Source: an uncultured Rhodobacterales bacterium (GTDB lineage Bacteria; Pseudomonadota; Alphaproteobacteria; Rhodobacterales; CAZPXZ01). Taken from it: DNA of 62,686 bases. Position 1 is the first letter of the stretch. Every line of letters starts with the position of its first letter. The stretch is from positions 1 to 62,686 of the forward strand of contig CAZPIN010000105.1 in the NCBI GenBank assembly GCA_964586735.1, given 5' to 3'. The notes under the pieces are model-generated. The model made no database searches. It was not told the DNA's origin and saw only the letters and a program-made list of their open reading frames with translations. Positions 42,887 through 52,399 of the stretch are shown piece by piece. A program made the translations under genes and the position numbers.

Positions 42887-45166
42887 ATGAAGTTCGGCAT
42901 CGGCCAGCCGGCGCCGCGGGTCGAGGACCCCCGCCTGCTCAGGGGCGCGGGGTCGTTTCTGGATGACGCCCCTCCGGAGGACGGCGAGGTCGCCGCGCTG
43001 TTTCTCCGTTCGCCCATGGCGCATGCCGTCCTGCGCTCCATCGATGCCGAGGCGGCGCGCGGCATGCCCGGCGTGGCGGCGGTGATCTTGGGCAGCGACC
43101 TCGACGGGGCGGGAGTCAACGACACTTCGGCCGTCGCGCTGACCTGCGCCGACGGCAAGCCCATGCCGCGGCCGCGGAGGCCGCTGATTGCCAGCCGGCG
43201 TGTCCGCTATGTCGGCGAGCCCGTAGCCCTGGTGCTTGCCGACACCCTCCATCAGGCGCGGGACGCCGCCGAGGCGGTCGAGGTCGACTACGACGAATTG
43301 CCCGCCGCACCGCACACGGCCCATGCCGGAGACGGTCTCGACCTGCACCCGGAGGCGCCGGGCAACGTCGCCTTCGACTGGGAGGCGGGGGACGCGGAGG
43401 CGACCGACGCCGAGCTCGCCAGATGCGCCCACCGGGTCGAGGTGGAGCTGGTCAACAACCGCGTCGCCGCCGTCCCCCTCGAGCCGCGGGGCGCCATTGC
43501 CCGCTGGGACGCCGAGAACCAGACCCTGCATCTTGCCGTCGGCAGCCAGGGTGTCTGGCGGGTGCGCGACGAGATATGCCTGCGCCTGGGACTGGACGCC
43601 GAGCGGGTCTGGGTCACCACCGGAGACGTGGGCGGCGGCTTCGGTGCCAAGACCATGCCCTATCCCGAGTACACGGCCGTCGCCTACGCCGCCCGCAGCC
43701 TCGGCCGCGGCGTGCGCTGGGTTGCCGACCGATCAGAGTCGTTTCTCTCCGACGCCCAGGGCCGCGATCACGCAGTGCGGGCGGTGGCGGGCTTCGACGG
43801 CGGCTTGCGGCTGCGGGCGCTGAAGGTGGACAGCCTCGTCGCTCTGGGTGCCTATCTGTCGCAGCACGGCGCGGTGATTCCCTCGAAGCTGCTGGCCAAC
43901 GTGCTGCCGGGCGCCTACGACTTTGGCTGCATGCACTACCGGGCGCGCGGCGTGTACACCAGCACCACCCCCGTCGACGCTTACCGCGGTGCCGGCAGGC
44001 CCGAGGCCAACTACATCGTCGAGCGGGTGATGGACCTGGCGGCGCGAGAGCTGGGCGTCGACAAATTCGAAATTCGCCGCCGCAGCCTGGTGCGGGCGTT
44101 TCCCTACCGCAACGCCGCCGGGGCGACCTACGATTCGGGCGACTACCAGCGGCTGCTTGCCCGCGCCGAGCGGGAAGCCGAGGGCTTCGCCAACCGCCGC
44201 GCCGAATCGGAGTCGAAGGGATGCCTGCGCGGCCTCGGCCTCGCCTGCTACGTCGAAAGCATCCTCGGCTCGCCCGAAGAGCGGGCGGCGCTGGTACCGC
44301 TGGAGGACGGAGGCTGGGAGCTGCGGGTGGGTACGCAGTCCACGGGCCAGGGGCATGCCACCTCCTATCTGCAGCTGCTGCTTCAAAGGACCGGCATCCC
44401 TCCGGAGCGGGTGCAGGTGGCGCAGGGAGATTCGCGGGCGATTCCCTTCGGCGGCGGCACGGGAGGGTCGCGCAGCCTCACTGTGCAGGGCGCCGCCATC
44501 GAGGAGGCCAGCCAGCGACTGGTCGAGCGGCTGATGGAGGAGGCGGAGGACGCGCTGGAGGTGGACCGTCTGGACATCGAGCACGAGTCCGGCGTCTACC
44601 GCGCCGCAGGCAGCGACCGCACTGTCACGGGCTTGGAGCTGGAGGAGAGAATCCGCGGGCGCGGCGACATCGACAGCCTGAGGGTGGATGCGACGGCGCT
44701 GCTGGAGCGGCGGTCGTTTCCCAGCGGCTGCCATCTGTGCGAGGTGGAAATCGACCGGGCGACGGGCGCGGCGCGAATCGACCGCTATCTGGCGGTGGAC
44801 GACTTCGGCACGCTGGTCAATCCGATGCTGGTGGAGGGGCAGGTGTTTGGCGGAGTCGCCCAGGGCCTCGGCCAGGCGATGATGGAGCACGCATGCTTTG
44901 ACGGCGACGGCCAGCCGATGGCCGGGAGCTTCATGGACTACGCCATGCCGCGCGCCGCCGACATGCCCATCATGCGGTTTGCCAGCGAGCCCACGCCAAC
45001 CGACGCCAATCCCCTTGGCGTCAAGGGATGCGGCGAGGCGGGTACCGTCGGCGCCCTGCCGGCCGTGGTCAACGCCGTGGCCGACGCGCTGTGGGAGGCG
45101 GGAGTGCGCGACGTCCAGCCGCCGATGACTCCCTGTCGAATCTGGAGTCTGCTGCAGCGGCGGTGA
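42887..45166 (+). CDS. Xanthine dehydrogenase/aldehyde oxidase-family molybdopterin-binding large subunit, form-II CoxL-like (759 aa)
   Basis: The product begins MKFGIGQPAPRVEDPRLLRGAGSFLDD. Family motifs: GDVGGGFGAK, VDAYRGAGRPEANY (the AYRGAGR loop of form-II CoxL-type proteins, not the AYXCSFR of true CO dehydrogenases) and GVKGCGEAGTVGALPAVVNAV. Confidence 0.88.
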   Translation: MKFGIGQPAPRVEDPRLLRGAGSFLDDAPPEDGEVAALFLRSPMAHAVLRSIDAEAARGMPGVAAVILGSDLDGAGVNDTSAVALTCADGKPMPRPRRPLIASRRVRYVGEPVALVLADTLHQARDAAEAVEVDYDELPAAPHTAHAGDGLDLHPEAPGNVAFDWEAGDAEATDAELARCAHRVEVELVNNRVAAVPLEPRGAIARWDAENQTLHLAVGSQGVWRVRDEICLRLGLDAERVWVTTGDVGGGFGAKTMPYPEYTAVAYAARSLGRGVRWVADRSESFLSDAQGRDHAVRAVAGFDGGLRLRALKVDSLVALGAYLSQHGAVIPSKLLANVLPGAYDFGCMHYRARGVYTSTTPVDAYRGAGRPEANYIVERVMDLAARELGVDKFEIRRRSLVRAFPYRNAAGATYDSGDYQRLLARAEREAEGFANRRAESESKGCLRGLGLACYVESILGSPEERAALVPLEDGGWELRVGTQSTGQGHATSYLQLLLQRTGIPPERVQVAQGDSRAIPFGGGTGGSRSLTVQGAAIEEASQRLVERLMEEAEDALEVDRLDIEHESGVYRAAGSDRTVTGLELEERIRGRGDIDSLRVDATALLERRSFPSGCHLCEVEIDRATGAARIDRYLAVDDFGTLVNPMLVEGQVFGGVAQGLGQAMMEHACFDGDGQPMAGSFMDYAMPRAADMPIMRFASEPTPTDANPLGVKGCGEAGTVGALPAVVNAVADALWEAGVRDVQPPMTPCRIWSLLQRR

Positions 45167-45248
45167 CGGGACTTCGGGCAAGTACGCGCAGCCCCTGCGT
45201 TGGCGGTGCCCAGGTGAGATTGCCGCATGTGAAAGCGGAATTTGGATA

Positions 45249-45276
45249 TTGACATCAAGGTGACATTCTGTATCAT
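45249..45276 (+). promoter_or_regulatory. Near-consensus sigma70-type promoter candidate ~160 nt upstream of giant gene 45437..49330
   Basis: TTGACA (45249-45254), a 16-nt spacer, then TATCAT (45271-45276), within a locally AT-richer stretch of the intergenic region. Confidence 0.35.
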
Positions 45277-45436
45277 TCAGTACAGCGTGACTGGTAGCGT
45301 GGAGATTCGCGCGGCTGGTCGCCGCTGGGTGGCAGTGCCCGCTGCCGACGCGGTCTTGGGGCCGCGGCGCGCGGCGGGATGCCCCGAAAGACGCGGCTAG
45401 GAGCGCAGCAGGGAGCGCAAGAGGAGCGGGCCGTAA

Positions 45437-48400
45437 ATGGCAAGCGGGGTTGTAGGCGCAGCGGATGCGACCAGCGGCCTAACGGTGGCGGCGATGGCCA
45501 GCCTGACGGAGAAACTGCGTCTGGCCGGAATCGAATCACAGGTCGTCGAAACCTACCGCGACGGAAACAGCCTCGTGCTGGTGCTGGCCGACGGCCGCGA
45601 ACTGCGCATCGAAGACTACTACCTGCAGACGCAGCGCCACGCGACCGAAGATGCGACGGCGGCAACGGGCCTGATCGAAGACGAAACCGCTGCCGACATG
45701 GCGCTGGCAAGGGCCTCTCTGGAAGAGATGTTTGGCGGAGACGGCGATCACGCCGCAGCCGCCGAGGCAACCGGCTCGGCAGTTCTGGATATGGGGCCTC
45801 AGGTGGCGTCGGCGGCGCCGCTGGGCGGGCTGGGCCTGCCGCTTGGACTGACGGCACTGGTGGCGGCCGCGCTGGGCGGCGACAGTGGCGGAGGGTCAAG
45901 CTCCCCTGAATCGTCTCCCGCCGCCCAGCCGCAGGAGAACGGGCTGGCGCCGCCGCCCTCGCCGCAGCGAACCGTCACAAAGACCCCAACTGCGAGCGGA
46001 GGCCAGTCTGAGACGTCGCCGCAGCCTGATACGTCGCCTAAGCCTGATACGTCGCAGCAGACTGAGGCAGATACCGCGAATGCTGAGTCGGAAGATGGCG
46101 ATTCGGAAACGGGCACGGTTTCGGTACCGGAGGACGGACAGTTGGGGACTTCATCAAAGCAGTCTGGCGGAGAATCCCAGACGGGAAGCGGTGGCAGTAC
46201 GGATAGCCAGCCTCAGACAGCGAAGCAGCAGACTCTGAATCAGGAGGAGCAGGCGCGGCAGCCGGACCAGACGGCGCAGATAGGCCCGGGCGTGGGAGGC
46301 CCCGGGAATCCCCCACCTCCGCCGACGCCACAGGAAACCGCGCTGGCGAGAATTCTGACCAGCCCGCAAACGGCGACCGTGGATACGTTTGCGACGGCAG
46401 GAGTTTCTGGCGTAACCGCTGTGCGGCTGGACTCCGTCAAGTCCCTGCTTGGCGCGATGGACGACGTCGAAAAGACGGAGCTGGGACTGGACAGCCTGCA
46501 GTACGTAGCAGACATCGTTTCGCGCTACGTCAACCCGGGCGCCACGAACTTCCTGGATGCGGCGGTCAGCTTCCCCAACGGCGGCACCGCCCTTGAAGTG
46601 GAAGTCGACACCGACGCAGATGGATCGCCCGACCGCACCATGACGTACCTTCACGATGGCCTGAGCCAGTTCCGCATCGAATTCGATGACGGCAGCGACG
46701 GAACCTTGGACCGCATCGACCTTGACGATGACGGTGATGGAACCGTGGACCAAATCGAGACTCGCGTCTTCAACTCAGACGGGGTGATGACGCTGCGAAG
46801 CATCGACAGCAATGCTGACGGGTACGCGGACATCGACTACTACGACGAGGATGCGGACGGGTCGGTGGACCGAACCGATACGCATGTCTACGACGGGCAG
46901 GGAAGGCGGAGCGAGACGCGCAAGGACCTGGATTCGGATGGCACCATCGATGAAACGCTTGCCATAGGCTACGACGCGCAGAACAGGGTGAACCTGAACC
47001 GGTATACCGCGGACGGCAATGATGACGGGACCCCTGACTCCATACTGGAGTACCGCTACGACCCGGACAGCGGGGGCCGCGTAGTCAGCTACACGAGCGA
47101 CGGAAACGCCGACGGAACCGTGGAGGTGATCAAGCACTATCGGTATGACGGCAATGGACGGCTTGTCTACAGCGTGGAGGATGACGGGGGCGACGGCACA
47201 GCTGATCGAGTCGTTTTCACGGACGGCATTGGCTACGCCTATAGCCTGGAAGCGGCGGAGGCGGTAACGCTTGCGGGACTAGACCGCGTGGTGCTGGCGG
47301 GAGATAGCGGATCGACCACGCTGCGCATGACGGACGAGGCGCTGACAGCGCTGGCGGACGGGGAGTCCGCGTATTCCCTCGCGATTGATGGCGAGGATGA
47401 CGACGTGGTGCTGCTCATGGGAAGCGGGTACGCCTTGGCGGGCGGAACCGACTCTTCCGGGCGAATCGAATATGCGGGGACCGGCGGCTCGGTATTTGTG
47501 GATGCGGACGTACCCGTAGTTACCGTGGGCAATCCCGAGGCCTTTGAAGCCATACTCGCGGCCATCATGTCGCGGGGGGTAAGCCCCAGCGCGGCGCAGA
47601 TGCAGTCAATTGCCCGTATCGCGGACTATGTGCCGGAGGGCACCGAGGTGGATTCCGCCAGCTACGCGCACGCAAGCAAAAGCCTGTCGCTGGAGATCAG
47701 CGGAGACCCCGTATACACGGAAATGTACATTCGCCTGAACAGCGGCTTTGCTGCGACGTACGCGCAGTATTCAAACTCTGACAGCACCCGGATAAAGATG
47801 GTGAATGATGCCGATGCCGACGGAAATTTGGAAAAGGCCACGGTACAGGAGTATTTTCTGGCGGGGTCGCTCCTTGAGGGGCTGCGGCAGGGCAATATAG
47901 CGAGAGATCAGTCCAGTTACGACAACAACGACGACGGCACCATGGATGTCGTCTGGATACGCCAGTGGCTTGATGGAGGCCCGATACATCGCAGCGAACA
48001 GGATTTTGACGCTGACGGGAGGATGGACAAGGTGGAGGTGTCTGGATACGACGCCAGCGGCAGGAAGTCGTATGTAGTAGAGGACTACACGCTAGGACAG
48101 CCTGCCGACGGCGCGATGGACAGGATTTTGTTTGTCGACTCCGTCAGCCGCACGGTAGCGCCCACCGCAGCGGAAGCGGTGGAGTTTGCCGGAATTGATA
48201 GCGTCAGGATGGCCCAGAAAGGCGGCGCCAGCACGCTGGTATTGCGCGAAGCGGCGCTGGCGGCAATTGCGGGCAGCGATGAAGCATACAGGCTTACAAT
48301 TGACGGTGACGCGGACGACACGCTGCATTTACGGGGCGGGAGCATTGTGCGCGACGTCTCGGCCGATGCCGGCGGTCGCGAAGCCTATACGATGGACGGC

Positions 48401-49330
48401 AGTACCGTGCTCGTGGATGCGGACGTAGGGGTGCTCCATATCAGGAATCCGCAGGCTTTTGACAAAATACTCGGGGCGTTCAATGGAGCCACGCGGACCG
48501 GTTTCAGTTTGGCTCAGATGCAGTCGCTTGTACGCGCGTCGGACTATGTCCCTGATGATGCAGAGGTATTGACGGCGCGGTACGGTTCGCAGTTCAACTA
48601 CCTGCAACTAACTGTCACTGGCGATCCCGTGTACGCCAACATTAGGATTAATTTGAACAGCGACTACGCTCCTACGCTGGTGCAGTATTCCAACTCAAGC
48701 CGTACCGAGGTCAGGATGCTGGTAGACGACGACGCCGACGGATTCCTGAACGAGACTCACTACCACCGCAACACCGCGGACCGCACACTGTACTGGGAGC
48801 GGCGGGTTTTCGACAGCGACGACGACGGTACGGCGGACGTAATCTGGATTAAGCGGTACAGCCCAGACGGGGGAGCGCTGCTGCGCAGCGAACTTGATAC
48901 GGATGCCGACGGGACAGCCAACAACATCGAGGTTCGGGGGTATGACGGCGAAGGGAGGTCGGCCTACACAGCCGTCGACAAGACCGCAGACGGCTCGATG
49001 GACAGCCTGACGTTCAACGACGGTGAAGACCGCGCAATTGCATGGGACGCGGCGGCGGCGGCAGACCTGGCCGGGCTGAACAGCATTGCGCTGGCGGGAG
49101 GAGATGGCGCGAGCACGCTGTCGCTCAGCGAGGCGGTATTGGCTGCTCTGGCGAACGGCGAAACTGGGTATACGCTGCGCATCGACGGCGATGCCGATGA
49201 CACGGTGCGGTTCACGGATGGTGAGATAGCGCGGGACTCCTCAGCCGATGCTGGGGGACGGGAAGCCTACGCCGCAGGCGGTATCACAGTCCTGATCGAC
49301 CCGGACGTTGCGGTCCAGTTGCCTTCGTAG
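45437..49330 (+). CDS. Giant Ca-loop repeat protein, family 2, with BapA-prefix/retention-like N-terminus (1297 aa); probable T1SS-type adhesin
   Basis: SD GAGGAG lies 10 nt before ATG 45437. The N-terminus VVETYRDGNSLVLVLADGRELRIEDYYLQ resembles the R-x-G-N-D-L-V-I...F-F prefix of BapA/LapA-type adhesins. A hydrophobic G/A/L segment (LGGLGLPLGLTALVAAALGG) follows, then a P/T/S/Q-rich linker and YD-like plus DxDxDG repeats. There are three module A copies, the last at the C-terminus (...REAYAAGGITVLIDPDVAVQLPS). Confidence 0.8.
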   Translation: MASGVVGAADATSGLTVAAMASLTEKLRLAGIESQVVETYRDGNSLVLVLADGRELRIEDYYLQTQRHATEDATAATGLIEDETAADMALARASLEEMFGGDGDHAAAAEATGSAVLDMGPQVASAAPLGGLGLPLGLTALVAAALGGDSGGGSSSPESSPAAQPQENGLAPPPSPQRTVTKTPTASGGQSETSPQPDTSPKPDTSQQTEADTANAESEDGDSETGTVSVPEDGQLGTSSKQSGGESQTGSGGSTDSQPQTAKQQTLNQEEQARQPDQTAQIGPGVGGPGNPPPPPTPQETALARILTSPQTATVDTFATAGVSGVTAVRLDSVKSLLGAMDDVEKTELGLDSLQYVADIVSRYVNPGATNFLDAAVSFPNGGTALEVEVDTDADGSPDRTMTYLHDGLSQFRIEFDDGSDGTLDRIDLDDDGDGTVDQIETRVFNSDGVMTLRSIDSNADGYADIDYYDEDADGSVDRTDTHVYDGQGRRSETRKDLDSDGTIDETLAIGYDAQNRVNLNRYTADGNDDGTPDSILEYRYDPDSGGRVVSYTSDGNADGTVEVIKHYRYDGNGRLVYSVEDDGGDGTADRVVFTDGIGYAYSLEAAEAVTLAGLDRVVLAGDSGSTTLRMTDEALTALADGESAYSLAIDGEDDDVVLLMGSGYALAGGTDSSGRIEYAGTGGSVFVDADVPVVTVGNPEAFEAILAAIMSRGVSPSAAQMQSIARIADYVPEGTEVDSASYAHASKSLSLEISGDPVYTEMYIRLNSGFAATYAQYSNSDSTRIKMVNDADADGNLEKATVQEYFLAGSLLEGLRQGNIARDQSSYDNNDDGTMDVVWIRQWLDGGPIHRSEQDFDADGRMDKVEVSGYDASGRKSYVVEDYTLGQPADGAMDRILFVDSVSRTVAPTAAEAVEFAGIDSVRMAQKGGASTLVLREAALAAIAGSDEAYRLTIDGDADDTLHLRGGSIVRDVSADAGGREAYTMDGSTVLVDADVGVLHIRNPQAFDKILGAFNGATRTGFSLAQMQSLVRASDYVPDDAEVLTARYGSQFNYLQLTVTGDPVYANIRINLNSDYAPTLVQYSNSSRTEVRMLVDDDADGFLNETHYHRNTADRTLYWERRVFDSDDDGTADVIWIKRYSPDGGALLRSELDTDADGTANNIEVRGYDGEGRSAYTAVDKTADGSMDSLTFNDGEDRAIAWDAAAAADLAGLNSIALAGGDGASTLSLSEAVLAALANGETGYTLRIDGDADDTVRFTDGEIARDSSADAGGREAYAAGGITVLIDPDVAVQLPS

Positions 49331-49595
49331 GCTGTGGATACGGTGGCTGCTGTGTTTGAGCAGTCCGCAGCAAAAAAGCAAGCAACGTAAAGCACTTTGC
49401 AGCTAATGCGACTGTGCGAAGTTCCTTGTACGAGTGTCTGCTAGTAATGATGCACATGCACTGGAGACGGACTTGCCTTCTGCAGGCAGGTATCCTATAC
49501 TCCGCACGTGGCCGCCCTGCCCGACACAGCTGGGCTGTCGGAATTAGGCGAACCGCATTAGTGGTCATGCTGTGTGACCGGGAGAGGTAGAGACA

Positions 49596-51146
49596 ATGGA
49601 AGAGGGCAAGCTTCCAACCGGAATCGACGACTTTCGCAGCATTCGCGAAGGCGGATACTACTATGTCGACAAGACAGGTTTCGCCGAACGGATGGTCCGC
49701 TCGGGCAAAAACTACTTCTTGTCAAGGCCAAGGCGATTCGGCAAGACCCTGTTTGCTGACACGCTTCAAGAGTTGTTCGAGGGCAGCGAGGAGCTGTTCA
49801 AGGGGTTAGCGATTCACAACAGCTGGGATTGGACTACTCGCTACCCTGTGGTTCACCTAGACTTAGGTGGCGACTTCTTTACTGAGCCGGAATACCTTGC
49901 TGGCTATCTCAACTCTGAATTGGATGACATCGAGCTAGCTACCGGTATCACCACTAAATCAAGCGATGCTCCGTTACGTCTTGCTCAGCTGGTGAGGGGG
50001 CTCCGCAGGAAGTCTGGCCGCCCCGTTGTTCTGCTGATTGACGAGTATGACAGACCCATTCTCGATGCGCTCCATCTGCCAGAGGTAGCTCTGTCTAACA
50101 GGAACTACTTGCATAGAATATTTTCTGCAATTAAACGACTGAGCTCCAGCATTCATTTTGTTTTCATTACGGGAATTACTAGATTCTCGAAAGTGAGCAT
50201 GTTCTCCGGCCTCAACAATCTCGAGGATATATCTATAGAGCCGTCGTTTTCGTCAATTTGCGGATATACGGACAGTGACATTGACAATGTATTTGCCCCC
50301 GAACTCGATGGTCTCGACCGTGAAGAAATCCGAGAATGGTACAACGGATACAGTTGGTTTGGGGATGATCGAGTCTATAATCCATTTGATATTCATTTAT
50401 TGCTGAAGTTTCGGGACTATAAACCATGGCGGAGGGAGACTGGAACGCCGGATTTTCTAGTAAATGAGCTAAAGAAGCGTAGCTTGTATTCTGTTGATTT
50501 TGGCAATCCGATCAGTTACGGTGACTTGAACTTTTCTTTTGAGATAGGCAAGGTAGATCCTCAGGCGCTACTGTTTCAAAGTGGTTATTTGACGATTGTG
50601 GGGGAAGAAATAAGAGAAGATGGAAAATATCATCGACTCGATTTTCCAAATCGTGAAGTTTCTATCTGCTTCAATCAGCTTTTGGTGAATAACATGCTTC
50701 CACAATCCCATGTTAGCCACATGGCGCGAGCCTCTTCTATTAGCAAATTTCTTCGGAGTGCAGACTTTAATGGACTAAGAGAGCACTTTTATTCAATTTT
50801 TGCTGGAATTCCGCATCAATGGTTTGTTCGCGCAAACGTGACCAGATACGAAGCCTACGTCGCTGGTTTGTTTTTCTCATATTGCAAAGGAGCGGGGCTT
50901 GACGTTAGAGTTGAAGAAACTACTAACAAGGGGCGGGAAGACATGGCTATACTGGAGCAGAACAATATTTTTCTGTTTGAGTTCAAGGCGGTAGAGGACC
51001 AGCCTACAGGAGACGCTTTGCAGCAGTTGCGAGACAAGCAGTACGCGGATAAATTCCGGCATCTTGGTCGTCCAATTCACCTTATTGGTGTCGAGTTTAG
51101 CAACAGCGAGCGCAACATTGTCGCCTTCGACGTTGAGCAAGCGTAA
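49596..51146 (+). CDS. AAA-ATPase-like / PDDEXK_9-type predicted ATPase-nuclease (copy 2, 516 aa)
   Basis: SD GGGAGAGG precedes ATG 49596. Strings: YVDKTGF, FLSRPRRFGKTLF, VVLLIDEYDRP, and C-terminal GREDMAILEQNNIFLFEFKAV. Collinear with 34846..36462. Visibly lower GC than its neighbours (21/60 in line 50641). Confidence 0.82.
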   Translation: MEEGKLPTGIDDFRSIREGGYYYVDKTGFAERMVRSGKNYFLSRPRRFGKTLFADTLQELFEGSEELFKGLAIHNSWDWTTRYPVVHLDLGGDFFTEPEYLAGYLNSELDDIELATGITTKSSDAPLRLAQLVRGLRRKSGRPVVLLIDEYDRPILDALHLPEVALSNRNYLHRIFSAIKRLSSSIHFVFITGITRFSKVSMFSGLNNLEDISIEPSFSSICGYTDSDIDNVFAPELDGLDREEIREWYNGYSWFGDDRVYNPFDIHLLLKFRDYKPWRRETGTPDFLVNELKKRSLYSVDFGNPISYGDLNFSFEIGKVDPQALLFQSGYLTIVGEEIREDGKYHRLDFPNREVSICFNQLLVNNMLPQSHVSHMARASSISKFLRSADFNGLREHFYSIFAGIPHQWFVRANVTRYEAYVAGLFFSYCKGAGLDVRVEETTNKGREDMAILEQNNIFLFEFKAVEDQPTGDALQQLRDKQYADKFRHLGRPIHLIGVEFSNSERNIVAFDVEQA

Positions 51147-51206
51147 CCGCGCTGAGCAAGTACGCGTAACTTCACATTCGGTGCAGCGACAGTAGAAGGC
51201 ACAGAC

Positions 51207-52169
51207 ATGGGTATTCTAGTAACGGGCAGCAACGGCTTCATTGGCCACCATACATGCAGACAGCTGGTCGAGCGGGGCGAGGATGTCGTCGGCGTTGACG
51301 ATCTTTCCACAGGCTTTGAGGAGGCACGAGTTCCGGGCGCGAACTACCACGTTCGCAATATTCAGGACTTGGAGTATCTGACCGGCCTGCTGCGCGACGT
51401 TCGCCCTCGGGCCGTCATCCATCTGGCTGCCATCGCACGCGTGGCCCAGTCGGTTCAATATCCCCTGCGTAACGCCGACGCCAACGTACTTGGCACGCTG
51501 TCGGTACTCAGCGCGGTGCGGGACGCGGGTTTGGTCGAGCATACCCGAGTAGTGTCCGCCAGCAGCAGCAGCGTCTATGGCAACACGGAAGTGTTGCCGA
51601 CGCCGGAAACAGCAGACCGCAGTCCACGCTCCCCCTACGCTCTTGCCAAACTACAGGCGGAGCAGTGGTGCTCGATGTTCCATAACCTGTATGGGCTGGA
51701 TGCGGTTTCGCTGCGATACTTCAATGTCTATGGTCCTGGCGCTCGCTTCGGCGGCGCTTATTCCACGGTGCTGCCAGCTTGGCTGTACCATATTTTCGTC
51801 GAGCCGTCGGAGGTAGCCTTTCTTGAAGGCGACGGTACGCAGTCCCGCGACTTCAGCTACGTAGACGACGTGGTGTGCGCCAATCTCGCAGCGGCCGACC
51901 GTGCCGTGAGGTTTTCTGGTGAGGCGGTCAACATTGGCGGCGGGGATAGCCAGACACTGCTTGATATAGCCAGGCTGCTGGAGGAAACCGCTGGCAGCGA
52001 GCTGAATCTGGAACGGCGCCCGCCCCGTCAAGGTGATGTGATGCACACCGCCGCAGACATCAACGTTGCGCAGCGTTTGCTGGCTTGGACGCCGCAGGTA
52101 CCGTTCGACGAGGGATTGCGTCGTACAGTGGACTGGTGGCGAGAGGCACGTCCACCGCAATTATCATGA
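51207..52169 (+). CDS. NAD-dependent epimerase/dehydratase (extended SDR family, UDP-sugar 4-epimerase-like; 320 aa)
   Basis: N-terminal Rossmann motif ILVTGSNGFIGHH. Catalytic YxxxK in SPYALAKLQAE. Also RYFNVYGPG. Typical length for the family. Confidence 0.88.
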   Translation: MGILVTGSNGFIGHHTCRQLVERGEDVVGVDDLSTGFEEARVPGANYHVRNIQDLEYLTGLLRDVRPRAVIHLAAIARVAQSVQYPLRNADANVLGTLSVLSAVRDAGLVEHTRVVSASSSSVYGNTEVLPTPETADRSPRSPYALAKLQAEQWCSMFHNLYGLDAVSLRYFNVYGPGARFGGAYSTVLPAWLYHIFVEPSEVAFLEGDGTQSRDFSYVDDVVCANLAAADRAVRFSGEAVNIGGGDSQTLLDIARLLEETAGSELNLERRPPRQGDVMHTAADINVAQRLLAWTPQVPFDEGLRRTVDWWREARPPQLS

Positions 52170-52399
52170 CCTGAGGTGTTGTGAGCGGGGTGTATTCGCC
52201 TGTGTCCTGGTGACCCAGGTGTGGCGATTCGGACACGGTATTTCAGCATCAGTATTGTCGGGACGGTCTGCTATGCGGAAAGAGATACATCTCCTACGCC
52301 GGCGGGTTGGGCGACGAACTCCTCATGCTTTGAGCTGTTGCGTGAGACTTTTGCCCGCCGGTGCAGTAGTCCCCGTCTTGCGGACTCGAGATGCTGCTG

